Origin: Deltaproteobacteria bacterium
GTDB lineage: Bacteria > Desulfobacterota > Deferrimicrobia > Deferrimicrobiales > Deferrimicrobiaceae
Direction of reading: 5' to 3'
DNA length: 64,000 nucleotides
Assembly (NCBI GenBank): GCA_020346465.1
Contig: CP070783.1
Coordinates: forward strand, 682,610-746,609
Shown: positions 10,719 through 22,174 of the stretch, piece by piece
How the letters are laid out: every line of letters begins with the position of its first letter
Position numbering within the stretch: the stretch's first letter is position 1
Notes under the pieces: model-generated
The model's input: the letters and a program-made list of their open reading frames with translations, nothing else
The model's database searches: none
What the model was told of the DNA's origin: nothing
Made by a program: the position numbers and the translations under genes

Positions 10719-10762
10719 GGGCGCGATCCCCCGTCAGGGTCGGACCGTCTCGAGCCGCCGCC

Positions 10763-12154
10763 TCATGGCACGATCTTGTTGCGCTGGATGAGGTCCTCCA
10801 GCGTGAAGACGTCGATCTGGAGGAGCTCCGCGGCCCTCTCCCTGTCCCCGTTGGCCAGCGCCAGGGCCTGAAGGACCATCGGCGTTTCGAGGTCCTGGAT
10901 GTTGCTGCTCGTGGCGGGTCCCGCCGGGGTGGGCGGCTCCCGATCGGCCGCCTTCCTCCCCCGTCTGCCGTAGAGGATCTCGGTGGGCAGGTCCGCGGCG
11001 TCCACGACCGTTCCCTGTTTCTTCCTTTTGGAGATCGACCGCACGAACTCCTCCAGCTCCCGCACGTTCCCGGGCCAGGAGTAGGCCGCGAGGGCGGCCA
11101 TGGCCGTCTGGCTGAAGCCCCGGAGCGGCTTTTTCCGGGTCCGGTTTCTCTCGAAGAGGAAGTGGTGCAGGAGCAGGGGAATGTCCTCCGCCCTCTCCCG
11201 GAGGGGCGGAACGCGGATCGTTCCCGGAGCGAAGAGGTCGCGAAGCGCCCCCGTCATGTTCCCCTTTGCGACGAGGGTATCGGGGTCCGTCGCGGTGGAG
11301 GCGACCACGCGGATGTCGAGCTCGACCTCCTCGGTTGCCCCGGCGGGCGTGATCGTCTTCTCGGTGAGGAGGGTGCCGACCCGCTCGAGCACCCGGGGGC
11401 CCGCCTCCCCGATTTCGGACAGGAACAAGGTTCCGTGGTTCGTCATCGCGATCTTCCCCGGCCGGGCGAGCACCGCCCCCGGGTAGGCCCCCGCCGCGTG
11501 CCCGAACAGGGTGTCCTCCAGGGTCTCCTCGCTGGCCCCCGCGCAGTGCACGGGGACGAACAGGGCCGAGGACCGCGGGCTGTGGAAGTGGAGGATCCGC
11601 CCGAAGAAGGATCGTCCCGTGCCCCGCTCCCCGACCAGCAGCACGGGCGTTTCCGTGTCGGAGAGCCGCTGCACCGCGGCGAGGACCTCCTGGACGGGCG
11701 CGCTCGTCCCCACGACGGAGTGCAGCAGGTGCCCGCTGCGGGATTCGGCCTTGAGATAGAGGTTCTCCCGCTTCAGCTGCCGCTGGACGAACGCCTTGTC
11801 GACGAGGTGGAGAACCTCCTCCGCCTTGAAGGGCTTCGCGAGGTAATGGAAGGCGCCCGCCCGCATCGCCTCGATGGCCGTGTCCACCGTCCCGTACCCC
11901 GTCATCATGATGACCTCGGTGTCCGACTGGAGCTTCTTGGCCGTGCGGAGCACCTCGATTCCGTCGAACCCGGGCATCTTGAGGTCGGTGAGGACGATGT
12001 CGAACCGGTTCTGCTCGAGGATGTCGATCCCGGAGGGCCCGGAGTCGGCGGTGTGCACCTCCCAGCCCTCCGTCCGGAAGAGATCGTCGAGGAAGGTGAG
12101 AATCTGCAGTTCGTCGTCGATGATCAGGATTTTTTTTTGCAACGGGATTCTCAA
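10763..12154 (-). CDS. σ54-dependent response regulator (NtrC family: REC + AAA+ σ54-activator + HTH)
   Basis: N-terminal receiver domain (ILIIDDE...DLKMPGFDG), σ54-interaction core with the GAFTGA-like element, C-terminal HTH. TTG start with GGAGAAAG RBS. Confidence 0.85.
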   Translation of the reverse strand: MRIPLQKKILIIDDELQILTFLDDLFRTEGWEVHTADSGPSGIDILEQNRFDIVLTDLKMPGFDGIEVLRTAKKLQSDTEVIMMTGYGTVDTAIEAMRAGAFHYLAKPFKAEEVLHLVDKAFVQRQLKRENLYLKAESRSGHLLHSVVGTSAPVQEVLAAVQRLSDTETPVLLVGERGTGRSFFGRILHFHSPRSSALFVPVHCAGASEETLEDTLFGHAAGAYPGAVLARPGKIAMTNHGTLFLSEIGEAGPRVLERVGTLLTEKTITPAGATEEVELDIRVVASTATDPDTLVAKGNMTGALRDLFAPGTIRVPPLRERAEDIPLLLHHFLFERNRTRKKPLRGFSQTAMAALAAYSWPGNVRELEEFVRSISKRKKQGTVVDAADLPTEILYGRRGRKAADREPPTPAGPATSSNIQDLETPMVLQALALANGDRERAAELLQIDVFTLEDLIQRNKIVP

Positions 12155-12157
12155 CGG

Positions 12158-12418
12158 CTACTTTCTCCGGATCGCCCAGAGGATCGCTCCCCCGCCCGCG
12201 ACGAGGATGAGCACGAGGGACGCCACCTCGAGCCGCCGGAACCGGGACCGCGTGTCCTTCTCGGCGGCTGCCCGCTCCTGGTAGGCGGTTGCCCCTCCCC
12301 CGGCGTCGTCTGCGTGAACCGGAAGCGACGGTGCCGCCATGAGGGAGAGGAGCAGGAGAAGCACAGGGAGCGCGGCCCCCCTCGCTCTCCTCCGGCGCGG
12401 CGGAGGGAAGGGTTCCAT
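12158..12418 (-). CDS. Small secreted/membrane-anchored peptide (hypothetical)
   Basis: 86 aa with an N-terminal signal-like hydrophobic stretch and a C-terminal TM helix (LVLILVAGGGAILWAI). Its stop lies 3 nt before the regulator start and 8 nt after the amrS stop. No clear RBS. Confidence 0.35.
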   Translation of the reverse strand: MEPFPPPRRRRARGAALPVLLLLLSLMAAPSLPVHADDAGGGATAYQERAAAEKDTRSRFRRLEVASLVLILVAGGGAILWAIRRK

Positions 12419-12426
12419 CGTGTCTT

Positions 12427-13408
12427 TTATACCACGAAACGGAGGGAGGCGGAGCAGGAAGCGCAACGGTTCCCGGAGAGGCCGGAGAGGTCGGTGCGGT
12501 ACCCGTGCCTGCGGACGACGACCGCGCGGCATGCCGGACAGACGGTGTCCCCGCCCCCCTCGAGGGGGTAGTTGCCCACATAGACATACGGCAGCCTCTC
12601 CCGGGCGATCCGGAAAGCGGCGGCAAGCCGCAGAGGCGGGGTCGGGGGGGCGGTGAACCGGTACATGGGCATGTACCGGGACAGGTGAAGGGGGATGTCC
12701 GGGTCGACCCCGGCGACGAAGTCCACGACGGCGCGGACCGACTCGTCCGAGTCGTTCTCCCCGGTGACCAGGAGGTTGGTGACCTCCACGTGGGTGGCGC
12801 CCGCGCTCCGCCGGATCGTGTCGAGCACGGGGCCGAGCGTCCCCCCGCAGATCTTCCGGTAGAACTCCGGGTCCATCGATTTCAGGTCGACGTTCATCGC
12901 GTCCACCAGGGGAAGGAGATCGGCGAGCGGCTCCGGGGAGACGAAGCCGTTGGTGACGAGGACGTTGGCCATCCCGGACTTCCGGAACTCCCGGGCGCAG
13001 TCGGCGACGAATTCGAACCAGATCATCGGTTCGTTGTAGGTGTAGGAGATCCCGATGGCCCCCTCCCGCCGGGCGGCCCGCACGAGATCGGGGATGGTCA
13101 CGGGGAACAGGGGGGCGCGCTTTTCGACCAGGTGATAGTTCTGGCAGAAGCCGCACCGGAAGTTGCACCCCACCGACCCGATCGAGAGGATCGGCTTCCC
13201 CGGATGGAAATGGAAGAGCGGCTTCTTCTCGACCGGGTCGACCTGGACGGCCGCCACTTTTCCGTAGGTGAGGGCGACGAGATCGCCTCCGCGGTTCTCC
13301 CGGACGCCGCAGACCCCCTGCTTTCCCTCGGCGACGAGGCAGCGGTGGGGGCACAGCCCGCATCGCACGTTGCCGTCCTCGCGCTTCCAGTGGGCGGCCG
13401 GGTGGAGT

Positions 13409-13422
<14 letters not shown>
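12427..13422 (-). CDS. amrS: AmmeMemoRadiSam-system-type radical SAM enzyme (AmrS family; activase-like)
   Basis: 331 aa. N-terminal CGLCPHRC, radical-SAM cluster CNFRCGFCQNY, C-terminal Cys-rich tail CPACR...CASCS. GAGGGG RBS. Confidence 0.7.
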
Positions 13423-15847
<2,425 letters not shown>

Positions 15848-15878
15848 GCGAAGGCACGTTCGCCGGAAGAGGTGCCCG

Positions 15879-16175
15879 ATGCGATCGTTCTGGAAGAAGT
15901 TCCTGGGGACCGGAGAGAGGGATCCCGATGAGGGGAAGGGCCAGTACGGCGTGGATTACGTCGGCGTCTCCGAGCTGATGCGGTTCAACAGGAACCTGCT
16001 CGAGGCGCGGAGGCACGAGAGGAGCGGGATCGAGTTGTACACGAGGTTCCTCGAGGAGGCGAACGACGAGAGGGGCCGGGAGATGTACCGGAAGCTCCTC
16101 GAGGAGGAGCGCCGGCACGTCCGCATGGTCGAGGAGGAGATCGAGGAGCACAAGAAGCAGGGGTGCTGGAGCTGA
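15879..16175 (+). CDS. Small ferritin-like/rubrerythrin-like protein with two ExxH motifs (hypothetical)
   Basis: 98 aa. GGAAGAGG RBS. EARRHE and EEERRHVRMVEEE look like half of a diiron four-helix-bundle ligand set. Confidence 0.5.
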   Translation: MRSFWKKFLGTGERDPDEGKGQYGVDYVGVSELMRFNRNLLEARRHERSGIELYTRFLEEANDERGREMYRKLLEEERRHVRMVEEEIEEHKKQGCWS

Positions 16176-16182
16176 TCCCGTC

Positions 16183-17373
16183 CTACCCCTCCTCGAGCGC
16201 CACGATGCCGGGCAGCCGTTTCCCCTCCAGCAGCTCGAGGAACGCACCGCCGCCGGTCGACACGTAGGACATCCGCGAGATCAGGCCCGCCTTGTGCAGC
16301 GCCGTGTCGGTGTCGCCGCCGCCGACGATGGTGATCGCGTTGCTCTCCGAGAGGGTCCGCATGAGCGAATGGGTGCCGGCAGCGAACGCCCCGATCTCGA
16401 ACGCCCCCAGCGGACCGTTCCAGACGATGGTCTTCGCGTCCTGCAGCGCCTCCCGGAACAGAAGCGACGTGGCCGGCCCGATGTCCCCCGCCGTCCACCC
16501 GGCGGGAATCTCCTGGGCGGGGACGGCCTTCGAGGAGGACGGTGCGTCGAGCCGGTGGGCGACCACGACGTCGACGGGGAGGTAGAGCTTGACCTTGCGC
16601 CCGGCGGCGTCCGCGAGCACCCTGCCCGCGGTTTCCACCATCTCCGCCTCGTACAGGGAGCTGCCCACCTCGCAGCCCTGGGCGACGAGGAAGGTGTTGG
16701 CCATCGCGCCGCCGATGAGGATCTTGTCCACCTTGTCGATGACGTTGTGGATCGCCTCGATCTTCCCGGAGATCTTCGCTCCCCCGAACACCGCCGCCAG
16801 CGGGCGGGCGGGGGAGACGAGGGCCTTCTCGAAATAGGCGATCTCGTTTTTCAGGAGGAGCCCCGCCGCCTTCTCCGCGACGAACCGGGTGACGGCGACG
16901 TTCGACGCGTGCCCCCGGTGGGCGGTCGCGAACGCGTCGTTGACGTACACGTCGCACAGGGCGGCGAGCTGCTTCCCGAACGCCTCGTCGTTTTTCTCCT
17001 CGCCGGGGTGGAACCGGACGTTCTCCAGCAGGAGGACGTCGCCCGGCCGCATCGCGGCCACGGCCTTCTCGGCCGCCTCCCCGACGCATTCGGGGACGAA
17101 GGGGATCTCCTTCCCGAGGAGGGCGGCGAGGTGGTTCGCCACGGGAGAGAGGCTCATCTCGGGGACCGCTTTCCCCTTGGGGCGTCCCAGGTGGGAAAAC
17201 AGGATCGTCTTCGCGCCCTTTTCCAGGGCGAGCCGGATCGTGGGGAGGACCGCCTTGATCCGGGTGTCGTCGGTGATCTTCCCGGCCTTGTCCAGGGGGA
17301 CGTTGAAGTCGACGCGAATGAGCGTGCGCTTCCCCGAGAGATCGAGCTGGTCGATGGTCCGCACCTTCATCGT
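16183..17373 (-). CDS. pgk: Phosphoglycerate kinase
   Basis: 396 aa, MKVRTIDQLDLSGKRTLIRVDFNVP...GGGAFLELLEGK. GGAGGGG RBS. The 3.7-kb ORF in the track is a read-through shadow and only the C-terminal 396 aa is real. Confidence 0.9.
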   Translation of the reverse strand, partial: TMKVRTIDQLDLSGKRTLIRVDFNVPLDKAGKITDDTRIKAVLPTIRLALEKGAKTILFSHLGRPKGKAVPEMSLSPVANHLAALLGKEIPFVPECVGEAAEKAVAAMRPGDVLLLENVRFHPGEEKNDEAFGKQLAALCDVYVNDAFATAHRGHASNVAVTRFVAEKAAGLLLKNEIAYFEKALVSPARPLAAVFGGAKISGKIEAIHNVIDKVDKILIGGAMANTFLVAQGCEVGSSLYEAEMVETAGRVLADAAGRKVKLYLPVDVVVAHRLDAPSSSKAVPAQEIPAGWTAGDIGPATSLLFREALQDAKTIVWNGPLGAFEIGAFAAGTHSLMRTLSESNAITIVGGGDTDTALHKAGLISRMSYVSTGGGAFLELLEGKRLPGIVALEEG

Positions 17374-17423
17374 TACCCCTCCCTGGCGTTCTGCGAGAAT
17401 AGTACCAGAAAGCCGCGCCGCCG

Positions 17424-18521
17424 TCAGCGCCGGAGCAGCCCCATCACGATCTCGAGCGCGATCAGCAGGATGATGATCATCTCCAGCGTCTCGGCCCGCC
17501 CCGCCGCCGCCCGGTTGTTGAGGATCGTGTAGATGTCCTCGAGGGTCTTGAGCTGGTCCCGGATCGTCCCTTCCCACCGCTCCGCGCCCACCTTCCGGCG
17601 GGCCTCGTCGTACACGCGGGCGAGGTACGCGTCCCCGGCGATCTTGAGGACGTTGGTGATCCTCTCCCGGACCATCGAGACGTCCATCTTGATCTCGGAG
17701 AGCTTTCGCAGGGGGGTTTCGTACGGGTCGTGCAGGAGGGACAGGAAGTTCCGCCGCTTGTGCAGTTCGTCCCCCATCTCGTCGATGGCCGCGTGCAGGA
17801 CCCGGTCGAAGAAGCGGAGCTCGAGCATCTGCACGTTCAGGAACTCGAGGACCTCGACCGTGTCCTGGAACCTGCGGTCGTAGAGGAAGGCGGCGTTCCA
17901 CTCGGAGAGGATCAGGTCGTTCTCGAAATACCGGATCGGCCCGCGCAGGATGTCGGGGAGCGCCTCCGCGCTGAACACGCCCTGCTCCAGCGTCAGAAGC
18001 CTTGCGATGTCCTGGGGAAGGCGCGCGAGGGCCTGCGAGCCGGTCATCTCCGGGGAAAACACGCCGACGTGCCACACGCTGTAATCCTCCGCGATGTCCG
18101 CGAAGCCCGGCCGGGTCACGGCGGGGCGGATCCGCTCGAACAGCCGGGAGGCGATCCCGCGGGCGGCTTCCTCGATCCCCGGCTCGCCGGCGAGGAGGAG
18201 CGCGGTCCGGACATACTCCTCCCACGGCATGTCGCGGACGGGGAGGCAGAGGACGACGGAGAGCGCCCCGAAGTCGAAGATCTTCACGGCGGCCTCCAGG
18301 CGGACCGTCGACGTCTCCACGCGCAGCTCCACCGCGCCGGAGGGGAGAAGGAGCGGCTTGGGGCGGTACTGCAGGTGCTGCGGCACGGGACGCAGCCCCG
18401 CAAGCCCCGGGGATTCCGACGCCTCGGAAAGCCGGGAGGCCTGCGGAAGGGAGATGTCGAAGCCGACGTCGTAGGCGAAGAAGAAGAAGAGGTGGCCGGA
18501 CGCCACGCGGAGTCCGCTCAT
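17424..18521 (-). CDS. Hypothetical protein with C-terminal transmembrane helix (possibly RMD1/DUF155-like)
   Basis: 365 aa, coherent non-repetitive composition, C-terminal hydrophobic segment MIIILLIALEIVMGLL. Family assignment is tentative. Confidence 0.55.
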   Translation of the reverse strand: MSGLRVASGHLFFFFAYDVGFDISLPQASRLSEASESPGLAGLRPVPQHLQYRPKPLLLPSGAVELRVETSTVRLEAAVKIFDFGALSVVLCLPVRDMPWEEYVRTALLLAGEPGIEEAARGIASRLFERIRPAVTRPGFADIAEDYSVWHVGVFSPEMTGSQALARLPQDIARLLTLEQGVFSAEALPDILRGPIRYFENDLILSEWNAAFLYDRRFQDTVEVLEFLNVQMLELRFFDRVLHAAIDEMGDELHKRRNFLSLLHDPYETPLRKLSEIKMDVSMVRERITNVLKIAGDAYLARVYDEARRKVGAERWEGTIRDQLKTLEDIYTILNNRAAAGRAETLEMIIILLIALEIVMGLLRR

Positions 18522-18524
18522 TTC

Positions 18525-19130
18525 TTACCCCCCCGGGAGGTAGGGAAACAGGTTGAACAGGAGGTGGAGAAGCACGGGGACGTAGATGTTGCCCGACTTC
18601 TTCCGGGACCACCCGAACAGGAGGGCGGGGAAGAAGGTGAGCGCGCGGTACGCCGACGCGTGGGTGACGAGGTGCCCCGCCGCGAACAGGAGAGACGAGG
18701 GGAGGACCGGCTCCCAGCCGTTCTCCTCGAAGGCGTCGTACAGGTATCCCCGGAAAAAGACCTCCTCCGGGAGGGCGACGAGGAGCGCCTGTCGGAGGAC
18801 GAATGCGCCGAGGGGGGGAGCCTCCGCCTCCGGGAAGGAAGGGACGGGGGAGAAGGGCAGGGAGGATACGAGGAAGAAGGCCAGCGCTCCCCCCGCCCCC
18901 AGCGCCAGGAAGAGGGCTGCGTCCCTCTTCAGGTTCCCGGGACGGGTCCAGGACGGGGTGCGACCCTTCCGGTAGTGCAGGAAGGGGGCGTAGAGGAACA
19001 GGGCCGCCCCCAGCAGGCCGGGCTGGAGCAGCGGGGACCGGAAGGGATAGTGGGCGGCCAGGCGAAGCGCGACGACGATCCCGGTGAGGAGGAGAATCGC
19101 CTGGCTGGGGAAGGGGCCGGGTGTGCGCAC
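18525..19130 (-). CDS. CPBP-family intramembrane glutamic metalloprotease (CAAX protease homolog)
   Basis: Motifs EEVFFRGYL and FAAGH...HLLFN in a polytopic membrane protein. Confidence 0.75.
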   Translation of the reverse strand: MRTPGPFPSQAILLLTGIVVALRLAAHYPFRSPLLQPGLLGAALFLYAPFLHYRKGRTPSWTRPGNLKRDAALFLALGAGGALAFFLVSSLPFSPVPSFPEAEAPPLGAFVLRQALLVALPEEVFFRGYLYDAFEENGWEPVLPSSLLFAAGHLVTHASAYRALTFFPALLFGWSRKKSGNIYVPVLLHLLFNLFPYLPGG

Positions 19131-19148
19131 CGTTTGCGGTTTCCCCCT

Positions 19149-19805
19149 TTACTGGAACGCGCGGATCCGCCGGAACAGCTCCGGGAAGCGGTCGATCGTG
19201 AAATCGGGGGAGTGCGCGTCGAACCCTTCCGTGCCGAAGCCGTAGGTGACGCCGCAGGTGGCGGCTCCCGCCCTTTGGCCGGCCAGGATGTCGTTCACGG
19301 AGTCCCCGACCATGATCGTTTCCCCGGGAGGGATCCCCCGCTGCGTCATGATGCGGAGAAGTCCTTCCGGGTGCGGCTTCTTGGTTTCGAAGCTGTCTCC
19401 CCCGCGCACGTCGACGAAGTGCCGGGAGAGCGACAGGCCGGCAAGGATGGCCCGGGTCATGTCGATCGGCTTGTTGGTCAGCACGGCCATCTCGAATGCC
19501 CCGCTGTGCGCCTCCAGGCTCTCCCGGACCCCCGGGTAGGGAATGGTCGTGTCCAGCAGGTGCTCCCGGTAATGGGCGAGGAACGTCTCCAGGATGCGGG
19601 GAAGGTTCTCTTTCCCTTCGGATCCCGCGGACCGCTGGATGAGCATCGAGGCTCCGTTTCCGACGTAGGAGTAGACCGTTTCGTTCGGCAGGGGAGGGAG
19701 CCCGAACGCACCGAGGGCGTGGTTGACCGAATGCGCCAGGTCGACCTTGGAGTCGACGAGGGTTCCGTCCAGGTCGAACACCACCAGCCGTACCGTTTTC
19801 CCCAT
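19149..19805 (-). CDS. HAD-superfamily hydrolase, phosphoglycolate phosphatase-like
   Basis: VVFDLDGTLVDS motif I, VLTNKP motif II, GDSVNDILAGQRAG motif IV. Start taken at MGKTVRLVVFD. Confidence 0.7.
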   Translation of the reverse strand: MGKTVRLVVFDLDGTLVDSKVDLAHSVNHALGAFGLPPLPNETVYSYVGNGASMLIQRSAGSEGKENLPRILETFLAHYREHLLDTTIPYPGVRESLEAHSGAFEMAVLTNKPIDMTRAILAGLSLSRHFVDVRGGDSFETKKPHPEGLLRIMTQRGIPPGETIMVGDSVNDILAGQRAGAATCGVTYGFGTEGFDAHSPDFTIDRFPELFRRIRAFQ

Positions 19806-19955
19806 CTCCTCCCCTTCCCGGTGCGGGGAGAGGGTCCGCACCTTTTCCCATTGTAAGGGATAACCGTCCCTTCCCGGGACAGGAGACTTGCCGGTCCTTC
19901 CCTGTAAACCTCATCGTGGGCTCTTTGGTTGACAGCGGCGCCGCGTTCCGGAAAA

Positions 19956-20981
19956 ATGGGGGATCGCCGCAGCCGCGGCCCCGTGGGGGGGGATTCCTTG
20001 GAAGGGTTCTGGAACCGGATACGGGAAGACGCCATGGGCGGGACGGGGATCGGCCCGGAGGACGCCCTCGCGGTCCTGTCGCTGCCGCAGGCGGCCCTCT
20101 GGCGCCTCCTCGACGTCACGGAGAGCGTCCGGCGGCGCTTCAAGGGGGACGGGGTAAGGCTCTGCTCCATCGTGAACGCGAAGTCGGGGCTGTGCTCGGA
20201 GGACTGCTCCTTCTGCTCCCAGTCCCGCCGCTCGAAGGCCGACATCCGGAAATACCCGCTGATCGAGGTGGAGGAGATGGTCCGGGCGGCACGGGAGGCG
20301 AAACAACGCGGGGCGAGGGAGTTTTCGATCGTGTCGTCGGGCCTGGCGATGCGCGACCGGGGGGAGCTCGAGCGCGTGGGGAACGCCGTCGAGCGGATCC
20401 GCGACGAGGTGGGGATCGAGACGTGCGTGAGCCTCGGGACGCTGCGGTCCGACGACGTGGCGTACCTTCTCTCCCGGGGGCTCCGGTCGGTGCACCACAA
20501 CCTCGAGACGTCCCGGAGCTTCTTCCCCTCGATGTGCTCGACCCACGACTACGAGGAGGACGTCCGGGCGGTGCGGGCGGCGAAGGCCGCCGGGGCGTGG
20601 GTCTGCTGCGGGGGGATCTTCGGCATCGGCGAGACGGCCGCGGACCGCGTCGAGCTGTCCATGACGCTCCGGGAGCTTTGCGTCGACTCGATCCCGGTGA
20701 ACTTCCTCAACCCGGTCCCGGGGACCCCGGTCGAGGGGATCGACAGGCTCACCCCGTTCGCGTGCCTCACGATCATCGCGATGTTGCGCCTTTGCCATCC
20801 CGGCCGGGAGATCATCGTCTGCGGCGGACGCGAGGTGAACCTGCGGGATCTGCAAGGCCTCATCTTCGCCGCGGGGGCCACCGGGACGATGGCGGGGAAC
20901 TACCTGACCACGGCCGGGCGCCCGGCCGAGGACGACGTCCGGATGATCCGCGACCTCGGCCTTTCCCTCCTCCCCGTCTGA
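19956..20981 (+). CDS. bioB: Biotin synthase (radical SAM)
   Basis: CSEDCSFCSQS (CxxxCxxC), YNHNLETS-like and Cys cluster GIFGIGET. The start could also be 19929. Confidence 0.85.
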   Translation: MGDRRSRGPVGGDSLEGFWNRIREDAMGGTGIGPEDALAVLSLPQAALWRLLDVTESVRRRFKGDGVRLCSIVNAKSGLCSEDCSFCSQSRRSKADIRKYPLIEVEEMVRAAREAKQRGAREFSIVSSGLAMRDRGELERVGNAVERIRDEVGIETCVSLGTLRSDDVAYLLSRGLRSVHHNLETSRSFFPSMCSTHDYEEDVRAVRAAKAAGAWVCCGGIFGIGETAADRVELSMTLRELCVDSIPVNFLNPVPGTPVEGIDRLTPFACLTIIAMLRLCHPGREIIVCGGREVNLRDLQGLIFAAGATGTMAGNYLTTAGRPAEDDVRMIRDLGLSLLPV

Positions 20982-22174
20982 TGGACCTTTCCCTTCTCGA
21001 CCGGGAGATCGCCGCCCTCAAGGAGAAGGGGCGGTACCGTTTCCTGCGGCGGCTGTCCACCCCGCAGGACGCCCGGATCGTGATCGAGGGGAGGGAAGTG
21101 CTGAACTTCTCCTCCAACAACTACCTGGGACTGGCGAACCATCCCGAGGTGGTCGAGGCGCTCGCCCGGTACGCCGAGCGCTACGGCGTCGGCTCGGGGG
21201 CCTCCCGGCTCATCTGCGGACACATGGATGTCCACGCGGAGCTCGAGGAGGCGGTGGCCCGCTTCAAGGGGACGGAAAGCTGCCTGACGTTCAGCGCGGG
21301 CTACATGGCCAACCTGGGGATCCTGTCCACCCTCGGGGATTCCGGCGCGACGATCTTCTCGGACGAATGGAACCACGCCTCCATCGTGGACGGATGCCGG
21401 CTCTCCCGCGCCCGCGTCGAGGTCTACCGCCACGCGGACGTCACCCACCTGGAGGACCTGCTCAGGGCCTCCTCCGCCCGGCGGAAGATCGTGGTGACGG
21501 ACAGCGTCTTCAGCATGGACGGCGATGTCGCGCCCCTTCCGGACCTCGTGGAGGCCAAGGACCGGCACGGGGCGATCCTGGTCGTCGACGACGCCCACGC
21601 CACGGGGGTGCTCCCCCCGCACGGGCGCGGCTCCGCGGATCACTTCGGCCTCTCCGGACGGGTCGAGATCCTGATGGGAACCTTCTCGAAGGCGCTGGGA
21701 ACGTACGGCGCGTACCTGTGCTCCACACGCCGGATGGTGGACTACTTCGTCAACAAGTGCCGCCCCTTCATCTTCAATACGGGGCTTCCCCCCGCGATCG
21801 CGGGGGCGACGCTCGCCTCGCTCGGTCTCCTGACCCGGGAACCCGGGCGTCTCGCCGCCCTGTGGGAGAACGCGCGTCTGTTCCGGGCGGAGATGGAGGC
21901 GAGGGGGAGGAGCGCCGGTTCGGACACCGCGATCGTGCCGATTCCCGTCGGCGGCGACGGGGACACGATGGCGGTATCCCGGGCGCTGTTCGACCGGGGG
22001 GTGTTCGTCCACGGGATCCGCCCCCCCACGGTGCCGGAGGGGACGGGGCGTCTGCGCCTGACGCTCATGGCCACGCACACCGCCGGGATGGTGCGCACGG
22101 CGGCTGCGGGGATCGACGAGGCGCTGCGGGAGCGGGGAATTGGAGCGGACGGAGCTGCTGCGGCAAAGGGATAA
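20981..22174 (+). CDS. bioF: 8-amino-7-oxononanoate synthase
   Basis: PLP-dependent acyltransferase with lysine motif TFSKALGTYGAY. ATG overlaps the bioB TGA. Confidence 0.85.
   Translation: MDLSLLDREIAALKEKGRYRFLRRLSTPQDARIVIEGREVLNFSSNNYLGLANHPEVVEALARYAERYGVGSGASRLICGHMDVHAELEEAVARFKGTESCLTFSAGYMANLGILSTLGDSGATIFSDEWNHASIVDGCRLSRARVEVYRHADVTHLEDLLRASSARRKIVVTDSVFSMDGDVAPLPDLVEAKDRHGAILVVDDAHATGVLPPHGRGSADHFGLSGRVEILMGTFSKALGTYGAYLCSTRRMVDYFVNKCRPFIFNTGLPPAIAGATLASLGLLTREPGRLAALWENARLFRAEMEARGRSAGSDTAIVPIPVGGDGDTMAVSRALFDRGVFVHGIRPPTVPEGTGRLRLTLMATHTAGMVRTAAAGIDEALRERGIGADGAAAAKG

Noticed and set aside
10766-10782. σ54 promoter-like TGGCACGATCTTGTTGC
   Set aside because: It lies inside the 3' coding region of the regulator on the non-template orientation, and the GG-to-GC spacing is 14 rather than 12.
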